A DNA stretch of 63,623 nt, filler included, from Octopus bimaculoides (Eukaryota): NCBI RefSeq assembly GCF_001194135.2. It is 9 parts of 9 records of this genome, joined end to end, with 100 filler letters (N's around TTAATTAATTAA, not from the genome) between each part and the next. Parts side by side here need not be neighbours in the genome. Positions count along the whole stretch, not along the records: positions 34,428 to 51,214 come from NC_068981.1; 8 more parts are not named here. One strand, given 5' to 3'. Made by a program: the position numbers and the translations under genes. Shown here in pieces: positions 35,759 to 49,057 of this stretch. Under the pieces are notes generated by a model. That model worked only from the letters and a program-made list of their open reading frames with translations. It was not told the DNA's origin and searched no databases. Numbering within the stretch: position 1 is the first letter of the stretch; the number at the start of each line of letters is the position of its first letter.

Positions 35759-38067
35759 GTTTAGTAGGAGAAAGATAAGCAGATAGGAATTATGTTCTAG
35801 ATATATATTAATCAGTAGAGCGAGGGGCACACCTGTCCAAAGAGGTTAGAGAGGCGCGAGTGTAAAGCCAGATAGATAAGTGGTTAATAAAGCAGGTGCC
35901 AGACCTACAGGTTGGGTAGGAATAGAAGGCGGTGTGAAGATAATAAAGTGGTCGTAAAAAAGATAATAGGTCATATATAGTAGGTGGTCAAATTTACTAA
36001 AGGGGAGCAAGGACTCAGGGAAAATCTTAGCTGTGTCAATGCTAGAAATAGATGCCACACCAGCAAACAAAATGTTTAAGATTTGAAGTTTACAAATTAA
36101 GGTTAAAGATTATAACAAGAGTGATACAGGGTAAACATAAAAAATAACAATTAAATAAAATAAATTTAAAATCGAAATTAAAATTACAATTAAAAGTAAA
36201 GCCAAAATTTAAAATTAAAAACTGAGTATCCGCAGCGTTAATGAAGATATATTCCTAAAGACCCGTTGAATAACTAGAAGGACATAAAGAGTCTGTGTAT
36301 AAACGTGGAGAAGGCTGCATGGTGTATATTTATTTAGTAACCGTGAAGGGTTCTATAAATGTCAGTATCAGATAGGTATTATGCCTAAGCTAGATATTAG
36401 TGATAACCCGAAGTGTTGTTTTTACACTTAGATATGTGGAAGAACTTGAAGGACCGTTGTATAGTGAAATTGTACGTAGTAGACAGCCATTATAAATAAA
36501 CAAATAGCCGGTCGGCAGAGGAAGATCGAGAGGATGTATAGACTGTGTTGATAGTCGTGTCTGTGCTGAAATAGTAATTATATTGTGATAATAAGTGGCC
36601 GTTATATCGATCCAACCTTTTGATGATAATAACACTGTACGACTGAGGGTCGTACAGTGCTAGATAGAACCATTCTGTCGACGTCTTCGGAATATAACAA
36701 CATCTGTCAGAGCGACAACAGTAGTGAAAAGACAGATAGAACAGTGGCAAAAGACCCTTTTAGCACAAGTATTTGTGTTTCCACATGAATGCATCGTGTT
36801 GCTTATTAGGTAACTATGCAGGGTTATGCAACAATAAGTGTAAGGATTCCTTTAGACGTAGTCAACAGGAAGTATGCTGGCTACGGAGGGCCAGAGTTTA
36901 TGATGGACCAGGATATGCTATAAGATACCATCATACTCTTAAAGTATTGCACATGTTCAGCTAAAAAAAGTAGATTTGCTCTGCTTCTCGTACTGAAACG
37001 AATTTGGATGCGCCGAATATTCCACTATTGCATATATTTAACCTATTTCTATCCATCTATCTCTTACCGATGACGGCAAAATCAGCATATGGAATCTTCG
37101 CTCTGCACGATGTTCCGATAGCGGGGATATCCCAGAAACAGCTATCAGAGACTATCTCTACCATTCATTATATATATACAGACAGAAAAACATAAAGGGA
37201 TAGAGATGGAAAGTTTCCTAAAAGAATTTCTAAAAACTGAAATTTTAAATATTTTTTTTTTCATTTTATGGAACTTTAACAATATTCTAACAAACAAAAT
37301 TAGTGGTATAGACATAATAAAATTAATGGATGTAACCTTTTATATGACAGCATAATTTACGCTTTAGAAATATTCAGTGAATATTATTAGTAAGTCCTCT
37401 GAGAGAACGTTCTGAAATAAAACATAGAAATCATAGAATTATTTCAAAGAAACAATACGTTTTGTATTTATTGATAAGCTATAACTTTTCTGAAAATTAG
37501 ATTTAATAATATTAGTCCAACTTTTTACATATAATTTGCACAATTTCTGTATCTGTGGAAATGTTAACTCTTCAAAAGTTACAGAAGCTTTTGATACTGC
37601 TTTTACAAAGAATATATGCTATGTTTGCTGGATGCCAGGAATATTTGTTACTGCGATTGATGATCATGCTTATGTATATGTTCTAGCCGATACATCAGTA
37701 ATAATGATAATGAGTAATTATAGCATATTGGTTGGACTATATTAATTTCAAACGTACGGGGTGCATAATAAAAATTTCTTAAGCTTGCAACCTAGCAATA
37801 GATGTAATTCGCATACATTTTGTTAATGTTCATATTGGAGGGAGTGCCAAAGCAGAAAAGTGACTGAAGTCCCCCGAAAATGGCCAGATTTAAACCACTG
37901 AACATCTCTTGAACATCTACTGAAATAAATTCAACAGGGTAACCATTTCCATATATTTGCACGTAATGTTGCGTAGGAAGTAATGGGAAGCAAAGGGGCA
38001 AGAAAAATAAGCGGTTTGCAATAAACATTGAGGCTTGTGCACAATCACAGGAGGAGATGTGCAACTG

Positions 38068-38303
38068 CAGTAATCCCTCGACTATCGCGGGTGCTGTGTT
38101 CCAAAACCCTCCGTGATAGGTGAAAATCCGTGAAGTAGAAACAGTACTGTACTGTATAGTTCTTTTTATTATTTTTATCATTCGCATTATTTATTTTATT
38201 ATAAATGCAAAACAACACCACGGAGGAATCGACGTAAGCTTAAATAATAAATCGCGATAGGTGAACCGCGATAGATTAACTGCGATATGGTGAGAGATTA
38301 CTG
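38068..38303. mobile_element. pogo/Tigger-like MITE
   Basis: TIRs cagtaatccctcgactatcgcg ... gcgatatggtgagagattactg, followed by TA. Confidence 0.65.
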
Positions 38304-39344
38304 TAGTTAGTTTCAAACGAATAGGCATTACTTTGTGTACCAACTTATGTAAGGATTTTGGAACATTATATTTGATTTCACAAGTTTTATGTAATTAGTG
38401 TTTAGTGCATTTCAAATGTATCAAAAGAATACGTACAATTTACCTTTTGGACGTTCTGTTAGAATTTACAGAAAATTTCAGTAAAATTTGTACTGAATAT
38501 AATAATCTGTTTACTGAAACCTAAAATTGCTTTGTATTAACTTAGGTTCATTTAGAAAATAATGTGTAGGTAGCGCAAATTGTTTTACAAAATCTGTTCA
38601 AAGCAGTGGAAGCGAGGTTTGGCCAACATAAGTTTATAGGGGGTGGATATTTGCAGCTGGTGAAACACTAACACAGAGAAATCATGTGATTTCGATGTTA
38701 TACCATGGACGCTGGGCAATTATCATCGGCTATTGATTTCTCTGCGCTTCTAAGTATAAACATCTATACGAGACCGTCTCTCAAGACGAATACCGCTGAA
38801 TTTCAGCATTCTTACAATACATCTGCGTTAAAAAGATTAACAAATAATCGCAACTTTATTCTTGGCCGAGGCTTGTAACCTTTTAATAACTGCAATCACC
38901 AGTACAGTAATAAGTATACGCAGTAACCCTTAAGTACTAAGGTCTTACTTGAACAGGGCAAATTAAGTATTTTCACCTAGAATGTTCTTACTCAGGTTGC
39001 AAGCTTGTCAAAGTTCTATTTTTTCAGAGAAGGCGAGCAATTTGCTATTTTGAAAAAAATCCCCTATTCACACCATTAGTATTTTCCATGAACTGATAAA
39101 GCATGACACTAGTGTTCACATATAAGGATCCGGAACAAAGGACAAGTATTTCCTCCAACACAGCACCGATTCTTTCAATCAACTGCTGTAGCTATGCATG
39201 CGTAAATATATATTGCTGATTATGATAGCCGTAATACAAATAATCATAATGATGATGGACGCTCCCGTCGAAGACGACCTATGAGCTTTTTGCTGAACGA
39301 CCTGCACAAAAAATTTACTTATAGTGATCACATGTTTGTTCTGT

Positions 39345-39541
39345 ACATTCGCTCACTCCCTCCACCAAATCGACATTGCCTGAACAGGTGCACGGAGTAC
39401 AACGTGTCAGGTATCGAAGTGATAGCAGAGCAACGTGAGATGAAGTGTTTTGCTCAAGAACACAACGCACCACCCCGTGTAGGAATTGGACCACGATCTC
39501 GTGATTGTGAATTCAACACTCTAACCACTAGGCCATGCGTC
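39345..39541 (-). mobile_element. tRNA-headed SINE family D
   Basis: tgaagtgttttgctcaagaacacaac...ctaaccactaggcca. Related copies at about 7085-7352 (-), 42715-42878 (-) and 52700-52890 (+). Confidence 0.62.
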
Positions 39542-39624
39542 CTAATAATAATAATAATAATAACAACAACAACAACAAAAATAATAATAATAACAATAAT
39601 AATAATAATAATAATAATGATAAA

Positions 39625-39688
<64 letters not shown>

Positions 39689-39785
39689 GTAATAATAATA
39701 ANNNNNNNNNNATAATAATAATAACAACAACAACAACAAAAATAATAATAATAACAATAATAATAATAATAATAATAATGATAAA

Positions 39786-39849
<64 letters not shown>

Positions 39850-40407
39850 GTAATAATAATAACTAGCTGGACCCGTGAAAAATTCATGGAAGACAATAAA
39901 ATGTAAGCATCTGTAAACAGTGTACTGGTGCCATGAGAAATGTTTGTATTTTATGACCTTCCGTCTTTACCTTCTGAGTTCAAATTCTGCCGGGATCGAC
40001 ATTGTCTTTCGTCCTTTTGGGGGTCGATAAATTAAGTATCAGTTGTGTACTTGAGTCAACCTAATCAACGGGCCCCTTCCCCACAAAAAAATCAGGCTTA
40101 GGAAAGTATAGTTTGACAGTTACAGAATATAGAAAGTAATGTAACACCAATGGATATATAATCCAACCAAAATATCTCAGTTATACAAACGTAAACGGAA
40201 TTATTATTTAACCTTAAAATACATCGTACATATTCAAACAACCGTAATGTACAAATTGAAATGTAAAAGAGCGAAATAATAAATGGATGAATGAATGAAA
40301 GTGTGGTAAATGCGTTTATTTCAACCACGCGACATTTATTATTGCAAACCTGTTTAAACTAACCTAAACTATACACACACACACACACAAATACATTCAT
40401 ATATATA

Positions 40408-40443
<36 letters not shown>

Positions 40444-40734
40444 TCGAGTTGTAGCTGTAATTGAATGGGGGCCAGCCTTGCCATATCCTATGGGAGGCCG
40501 AATCTCCCTAAGAACTACGTTTATGTTAAGCACGTCTGTGGAGTACTCAGCTATTTGTGAGTTAATTTTATCCTCGTGTAGTAATGAAAAGTGAAATTGA
40601 CATCCAATATTTGCTGTGTGCATGTATCTATATATGAACTTTTCTTTGGATTTATGTATCTACTGTCTTCCTTACTTTCTCTCTTTCTTTTTCACTTCCT
40701 TTGTGTCCTTATTCTCGCCTGCTTTTGATTTAAC

Positions 40735-40980
40735 GATGTGTATATCCTTCTGTCCGGCATTCGCCATGATAGATCGCTGACCACTACATTTATATTTATT
40801 CTTCTCCTTGTTTTTCTCCTTGTTTCTCTCCTTATTTCTTTCTGTGTTCCTTTCAGTTGAAGAGCGTAGCTCGAAACGTCAGAGACTTTCTCTATTCCCG
40901 AGCGTTAAACTAATACATCCTTTTGTTGTTGACACCACCTGTCTTTGTCTGTTGTTTTTTGTAAATTCTCCCATATATAT
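40735..40980 (+). mobile_element. Solo Penelope-like terminal repeat
   Basis: Closely similar to 56500-56735 (ccttctgtccggcattc.ccatgatagatcgctgaccactac... gaagagcgtagctcgaaacgtc). Confidence 0.62.
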
Positions 40981-41245
40981 GTATCTACTTCTCTTGCGAT
41001 GTGATAAACATTTAAAAACAAAAAAACGAACGCCGTCAGCACTCACTGTCTCTTTCACACACTCTCTTTCTTTCTCACACTCTCACTTTCTCTCTGAATC
41101 TCCCTTTCTCTCTCTCATTCCCTCTCTCCCTCCTTCTCTCTTACTTCCTCTCTGTCTTCCTCTCTCTCGCTTTGCCATTTCTTTGAAGTGTGACGCGCAG
41201 AAAAGGTACGTACAAAAACAAAAAATAGCGTATCAATATTATTGA

Positions 41246-41597
41246 TAATCCTTTCTACTAAACGCACAAGGACTCAAATTTTGGGGGAGGGGACTTGTCG
41301 ATTACATCGACCCCAGTGTTTCACTGGTACTTAATTTATAGACCCCGAAGGAAGAAAGGCCAAGTCGACTTCGGTGGAATTTGAACTCAGAACGTAGGGA
41401 CGGCCGAAACGCCGCTAAGCATTTCATCCAACGTGCTAACGACTCTGTCAGCTTACCGCCTGAAATACCACTGAGCATTTGCGGTATTTAAGGATGAAAG
41501 GATAAAAGGCAAAGCCGACCCCAGCAGAATTTGAACTCAGAACGTAAAGATGAACGAAATGCCGCTATACTGAAGATTCCGCTAACCCGCTGCCTTC
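41246..41597 (-). mobile_element. SINE family A, one full and one partial copy
   Basis: Reverse-complement cores. Confidence 0.65.
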
Positions 41598-41612
41598 ATA
41601 ATAATAACAATA

Positions 41613-41660
<48 letters not shown>

Positions 41661-41669
41661 GTAATAATG

Positions 41670-41705
<36 letters not shown>

Positions 41706-42349
41706 TTGATGATGATAATAATAATGATGATGATGATGATGACATTGTTTATACTAAAGGTAGAAAACCGTGTTAACGGCAATAACTAAGCATAAAAGTA
41801 ATTGCTCTAATATTGATGACAATATGAAAGAAATTAATCGTAGTAATAAGTGTAAGGCTGATAATATAGAAACGGTTCGGCTAAAATATGTTTATACTAT
41901 GGCAGTAGTTAACCTGAATGTGAAAAAATACGAAATATCAAACTAGAGATTCTAAGCTAATTATTATTCACCTTACCTATAACGCCACTTGAACTAATAT
42001 GAGCAGAAACAGAAATTATAGACGATTTCTTTAGAAAGCAAATTTTTATGTTAAACTTTTTCCTTCTTACTTCATCTTATATTTTGGTTTTATTTTATTT
42101 AGTTTACTTATTTTATTATATTCCTTTTCTGAATTCGTATTTATTTATCGTCATTGCTTCATTAATGCACTCCATATATGGTAATTGTGTTATTGATAAA
42201 AGGGTTAAATTTGCCGAGCACATTTATTGGTTGTGAATATCTAATGAAGCTTCTTGCATTTTCTTTAGTTAAGTCTAGTGTTTTAACCTGCGCTAAAATA
42301 TTCTGAAGTTCAGCCTGTTCATTTTCTTATAGCACAAATATATTCATGA

Positions 42350-42404
<55 letters not shown>

Positions 42405-43065
42405 TATATACATGTAAATGTCTATTCATCTATATGTGGGATACATGATGTAACGTCACTTATGCAACTAACACAGATTACGAAACAGCTGTCAACTAAT
42501 GAAATAAATATCTAATCACTTGCTTCATTTCTGCTATCGGTTCACGTCTTTTTACATACTTTTCTCCATAGACAATTCAAGGAAAATTCAGATTCTAAGC
42601 GAGCGAGGAGGAGCTTACTGTGAGCTCAGGTTGATTCTTTGAATCTGTATTCTTACATACACACACGCGCACATTGCAAAAATGATTTGTTTACATTGAT
42701 CAAGTGTTTGTGCCGCACATTAGCTCACTCTCTCCACCAATTCTTCAGGTGTCGAAATAATTGCAGAACAACGTGATATGAAGTGTTTTGCTCAAGAACA
42801 CAACCACTCAGTCTATGAATTGAAACCACGATCCCTAGATCGTGAGTGTAACATCCTAACCACTAGGCCATGCGCCCTCATACACACACTCACACACACA
42901 CACACTAACACACACATACTAACACACACACACACACTCACACATATATGTGTATGTACGTATACATATATAGACTCATACACATCCACACACATATGGA
43001 TAAATATACATAAAGAACATGAAATTTTACAAACTTGTCATGGTAAACGCAATACATAAAATAAG

Positions 43066-43267
43066 TACGAGGGGTCCTGAAAAGTTCTTGGTTTTAAGAG
43101 TGTCGCGAAATGCCTGGTTGGAAGCCCAACCTTCCGAGTTCTTTTACAAGGCTTAGAAAATCTGTTGGACCTCTGCAATAACTATGTGAATCCGAGAGGA
43201 GAATATATTGAATAAAATCATAATTAACTGATCCTCCAAAGCCAGGCAATTTTCAGCACCCCTCGTT
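43066..43267 (+). mobile_element. Mariner-derived MITE
   Basis: TA + cgaggggtcctgaaaagttcttgg ... aaagccaggcaattttcagcacccctcg TIRs. The interior encodes the mariner C-terminal remnant GLENLLDLCNNYVNPRGEYIE*. Confidence 0.75.
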
Positions 43268-45547
43268 CATATTATCCTTTGTTAGTTTGGAATAGTTTGA
43301 ATCGTTACATTCTTAGGAGGGGACTACATGCGTTTGTGTGTGAATGTATAAGAGCACAAGCACACTCGAAAATGCGAAAGGTAAAAATTATTGAATAGGT
43401 ACGATTTTATGTGTTATTACCAAATGCAAACATTTCGTTCGTCTCCTCTAACTAGCGTTTACTTCTTAAATCGCAGCCTAAAGGTTTTTTCCCCTATATG
43501 TATATATTACAACAAAACCACAACGACGAACAGTACTGATTATAGTATTTACAGTGTAAGCTCCTGCGTTTTGGTTCATATCTATAGTCTTTGTATTTTT
43601 ACTGTTATTACTGCAGAATCAATATCGATTGCTAACAATAATTCTTTCTCCTAGTGGAATAGGCCTTAAGATAAAAAAAAAAGAAGAATCGCGAAAATAC
43701 TAGATTGGCTGAGTGTAGGTATGGGTGAGAACGTGTTGGTGTGCTCTGTGTGTGTTTGTGTGTGAAAGTGAGCATGCATGCGTGCGCATATAAATGCGTG
43801 TGTGTGTTGTGCGTGTGTCTATAAACTGAAAGAAAGACAAATCAATGTGATATATAAACAGGTAAACTGCAGAGACGTACAGAGAGAGAAAGAGACAAAG
43901 ATCAGCTAAAGTTCTTCTTTGATGTAAGTTTTTATGCATAAATCCTCTGTACTATACCGCTTACTGGCAACCATGAAAGAAGAGGAAGATAACGAAAAGA
44001 ATAGATACAAAGAATTTTTGCCAATATAGCTATTGGAGGTCGTTGAGTTGAGTCTTGTATATGTATATATATATATATNNNNNNNNNNNNNNNNNNNNNN
44101 NNNNNNNNNNNNNNNNNNNNNNNNNNNNNNNNNNNNNNNNNNNNNNNNNNNNNNNNNNNNNNNNNNNNNNNNNNNNNNNNNNNNNNNNNNNNNNNNNNNN
44201 NNNNNNNNNNNNNNNNNNNNNNNNNNNNNNNNNNNNNNNNNNNNNNNNNNNNTATGCACACACACATACATATATACATACACACACACGTAAATACGTA
44301 TATAGAAGAGTGTGTGAAAAGGAAATATTACTTTAATAGTTCTAGAAGAAAACAGGGGGATTACAAGAAGTCAAAAACTATGAATGAAGCGAAAATAATC
44401 CGACTTCCCAAGAAGAAAAGGGATAAATACAAAGTATTTGCTGTTCTAAGAAGAGAAAATGAGCGCTTATAGTATATTATCTTGGTGTGGTTTTCGTAGA
44501 GTTATCATGTCGTCTAATGTTGTGGTGTTGTGGTTCGGTTTAGATTTATTAATGGAATTATCAAAAAAAAAAAAAATAGCTGGAGGAAAAGAAAACAGAA
44601 AATGAGAAGAAACAGGCAAATAAAATTCCTAAATAAATAAAGAAAAGTGGAAAAATAAAAGAGGAAGAATAGAAATATGGAAAATAGATATGGAAAGAAA
44701 TCGAGACTTGATGTTAAAATAAGAGATTGTGCGTTTATTTCATGGCGTAAAAGGAAAGGAACGTTGTAAATGGTTTAGTATATTTTCTCAAAATATGACA
44801 GGAAATTTTACGTATACCATCATTAAAAGGAAATTAAAAAAGACCAAAACACAAATAGTGCAGTTAGTTGATGATTGATGACAGTATGGGCAAGTTAGGA
44901 ACAATAAAATAAGTTCTGTAGTATATATATATCCCATATGTAAGAATGCTGGTAGAATTTGCTCGCATGAACCTACTGCCTAATCTCAAACGTGATGAGC
45001 GTTTTCTACATTTTTTATTTCAAATTCGATAGCGCATCGGAATCGGCCATCAACCCACAAACTCGCACATCCTACACGCACGCAGATTTTAGGTATTTTC
45101 TCTGTTATATTAATATTAACGAGATTTGTTTCAAAAACGAAAGAAATTTCAACTGCCACACACACACGCGCACACACACACACACACACACACNNNNNNN
45201 NNNNNNNNNNNNNNNNNNNNNNNNNNNNNNNNNNNNNNNNNNNNNNNNNNNNNNNNNNNNNNNNNNNNNNNNNNNNNNNNNNNNNNNNNNNNNNNNNNNN
45301 NNNNNNNNNNATACATGAGAATTGGATGTTTTCAGTAGAGAATACACAGAGGAGTAAATGTAAGGATAAGCAAGTTAGGCAGGTCGATAAACAAGAAAAA
45401 TTAAATACTTTTAATACAAAAATGTATATGTTTTCAAAGAAAAAGTTCGACTTACACCGAATAAGAATGATATCAATTATATTCTATGTAAGTCGGACCT
45501 TTTTCTATGAAAAGATATATACATTTTTTGTATTAAATGTATACTAT

Positions 45548-45860
45548 ATTAGGCTTAAAATTCGGTGGGAATGGAGGACTAGTCGATTGCATCGTCACCA
45601 GTATTTCACTGGCATTTAATTCATCAACCCCGAAAGGATGAAAAGCAATGTCGACCTCGGCTGAATTTGAACTCAGATCGTAGAGACGGGCAAAATGCCG
45701 CTACCGGTTGTACCAGCTCGCCGCCTTAATAATAAGGATAATAATAATGAAGTACAAGGCCTGAAATTTTGGAGGAGAAGCGAGTCAATTACATCGACTA
45801 CAGTGCTAAAATGATAAATTATTGACACCGATATGATGAATGACAAAGTCGAAATGAAAG
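45548..45860 (-). mobile_element. SINE family A, two copies (one partial)
   Basis: Reverse-complement cores. Confidence 0.6.
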
Positions 45861-46983
45861 GTTAACGTTGTATTTCGCTCGATGTATTGTAATACAAAAA
45901 TAGGATAACAAATGAACTGAGAAATGTGGAAAGCTTCTAAAAATACTTCTAAGATCTGGTAGGTGTATGAAAGGACGTTTACGTTATAAGCATGCTCTCT
46001 CTCTCTCGCTTTCTCTCTCTNNNNNNNNNNCTCTCTCTCGCTTTCTCTCTCTCTCTCTCTCTCGCTTTCTCTCTCTCGCACTCGGTAGGAAGAAGAGATA
46101 TATTTGGGGGATTTCATTTTATACGGGGGTGTAGGGTGTAGTGCATTTGTGTCTGCATTTTAACAAGCTTTATAACAAGCTCACAGGCTAATGGCAACGC
46201 TAGTGACTGTTTTTCACTGCTTTTCTATGTCCATCGTTGACGAGACCAAAGAAGGTCGAAACTACGTGATTTGTTGGTCTCGGCGTTGCAGCTGGCGGAG
46301 ATCTATCTTCTCACTAGCAATATAAACAAGCGTGCGTTTTGCACCAAATGCCAATATAAGAATTTCTCTCATGATATCCACCACAGTACAGCTTGTTCTA
46401 ACAGAATATCTACGATTAAGTGGTGATAAATATTACCCTTCCTAAGATGAATGTTTTGTTTTTTTTCTTTTTGTGGAAACGTTGCTGGAGAGTAGGTAGA
46501 CTGATGATTGAAGGTAATGCAGACGTGGCAGCGTAGATTTTAATCTTAGTGGTAGCGATATTAGCCGTCACCACAGTAGGAGCTGTAAATGATGGTGATC
46601 ATGATAATGGTGCTGCTGCTGTTGATGATGATGATGATGATGGTTGAAGCCAGACAAAGAATTTTGATGAGTAAATAGGGATCGGTTACCAGAGGAGTGT
46701 GTAGGGTAACCGACAAATGAAGGGAATGTGTATTGCTTGCAATGATAGGATTGGCAGATATAAGGTCACAACGGTCAGATTTAAGTAGATGCTTTTGTTA
46801 TTCATTTCGTTGTTGCTGTCGCAGTGCTGTACGCGACATACGACCTACTGTATCATTTTTCTTTTTTTACTAAAAATATTTGCGATCTAGAAACTTTTGA
46901 TCGTTAGAGAAGAAAAATTAGCTATAATAAAAATTGTTTTCTAGTTCATTTTTCAAGTATACACTACTCTACAAAGGACTTTA

Positions 46984-47039
<56 letters not shown>

Positions 47040-47043
47040 ATAC

Positions 47044-47115
<72 letters not shown>

Positions 47116-48253
47116 CAACAACAATAATAGCAATAATAACACACCCATGTATATATATATGTGTGTGTGTGTATGTGTGTGTGTTCATTTTTCAAGTATA
47201 CACTACTCTACAAAGGATTATNNNNNNNNNNNNNNNNNNNNNNNNNNNNNNNNNNNNNNNNNNNNNNNNNNNNNNNNNNNNNNNNNNNNNNNNNNNNNNN
47301 NNNNNNNNNNNNNNNNNNNNNNNNNNNNNNNNNNNNNNNNNNNNNNNNNNNNNNNNNNNNNNNNNNNNNNNNNNNNNNNNNNNNNNNNNNNNNNNNNNNN
47401 NNNNNNNNNNNNNNNNNNNNNNNNNNNNNNNNNNNNNNNNNNNNNNNNNNNNNNNNNNNNNNNNNNNNNNNNNNNNNNNNNNNNNNNNNNNNNNNNNNNN
47501 NNNNNNNNNNNNNNNNNNNNNNNNNNNNNNNNNNNNNNNNNNNNNNNNNNNNNNNNNNNNNNNNNNNNNNNNNNNNNNNNNNNNNNNNNNNNNNNNNNNN
47601 NNNNNNNNNNNNNNNNNNNNNNNNNNNNNNNNNNNNNNNNNNNNNNNNNNNNNNNNNNNNNNNNNNNNNNNNNNNNNNNNNNNNNNNNNNNNNNNNNNNN
47701 NNNNNNNNNNNNNNNNNNNNNNNNNNNNNNNNNNNNNNNNNNNNNNNNNNNNNNNNNNNNNNNNNNNNNNNNNNNNNNNNNNNNNNNNNNNNNNNNNNNN
47801 NNNNNNNNNNNNNNNNNNNNNNNNNNNNNNNNNNNNNNNNNNNNNNNNNNNNNNNNNNNNNNNNNNNNNNNNNNNNNNNNNNNNNNNNNNNNNNNNNNNN
47901 NNNNNNNNNNNNNNNNNNNNNNNNNNNNNNNNNNNNNNNNNNNNNNNNNNNNNNNNNNNNNNNNNNNNNNNNNNNNNNNNNNNNNNNNNNNNNNNNNNNN
48001 NNNNNNNNNNNNNNNNNNNNNNNNNNNNNNNNNNNNNNNNNNNNNNNNNNNNNNNNNNNNNNNNNNNNNNNNNNNNNNNNNNNNNNNNNNNNNNNNNNNN
48101 NNNNNNNNNNNNNNNNNNNNNNNNNNNNNNNNNNNNNNNNNNNNNNNNNNNNNNNNNNNNNNNNNNNNNNNNNNNNNNNNNNNNNNNNNNNNNNNNNNNN
48201 NNNNNNNNNNNNNNNTATATACACATACATACATACGTGCATACATAGCTATA

Positions 48254-48540
48254 GGACATCACTAACAGTATACATGAAATACAAAAACAGATGAGTTCAA
48301 TATGCAAACAACGAAAGAAGCAAATGGAAAACAGGACAAGTAACGCAAAGAATGTCTCTTCATCAGTTGTCGGCTGTCTATGTACTCCTCATTTCACGCA
48401 TTCCAGTAGACAGACATCTTACAATTGATGAAGAGTTGTTCTTTGTGTTACTTGTCCTGTTTTCCATTTGCTTCTCTCGTTGTTTGCATGTAGAACTCAT
48501 TTGTTTTCGTATTTCATGTTGTTTACTGTTAGTGATGTCC
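48254..48540. repeat. Inverted repeat, arms about 115 bp, spacer about 50 bp
   Basis: Arm 48254-48369 (ggacatcactaacag...ctcttcatcagttg) pairs with arm 48422-48540. Confidence 0.85.
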
Positions 48541-49023
48541 GGTACTCATATATGCATACGTGTCGAAACGCCGGTGTTAAAACGGAGGTAGCTGATGAAG
48601 TAGAATGTTCTCTATGTGGCTTGTGTGTTTTCTCGTCTCTGTTTTGTTTGCAATGTCCTGTACCCAGATATGCACCTATACGTACAGGTGGATGTCGGTA
48701 TTCACATACCTGTACGTATATATGCATATACTCATTTACTATTTATATNNNNNNNNNNNNNNNNNNNNNNNNNNNNNNNNNNNNNNNNNNNNNNNNNNNN
48801 NNNNNNNNNNNNNNNNNNNNNNNNNNNNNNNNNNNNNNNNNNNNNNNNNNATAATAAGAATGTTTATAAACTTGAAGCTCATAAGCGATCATCGTATATT
48901 ATATGAAGAAATTATTCTTTTGTGGTATATAAACCCTCGGCGGAAAAAGTGTGTTTTGCGTACGCATGGGACTCCATTTTATGTATGTGTACACACACAC
49001 AGATACACACACGCGCACACACA

Positions 49024-49057
<34 letters not shown>

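Noticed and set aside
42570-42617. Possible 48-nt + exon encoding QFKENSDSKRARRSL (furin-like site)
   Set aside because: A single short candidate with no linked exons or recognisable domain; such AG/GT pairs are common by chance.
46560-46760. Minus-strand His/Gln-rich reading (GFNHHHHHHQQQQHHYHDHHH) like a transcription-factor tract
   Set aside because: It is bounded by stops, has no ATG or clear splice sites, and is explained by (CAT)/(CAG) microsatellites.
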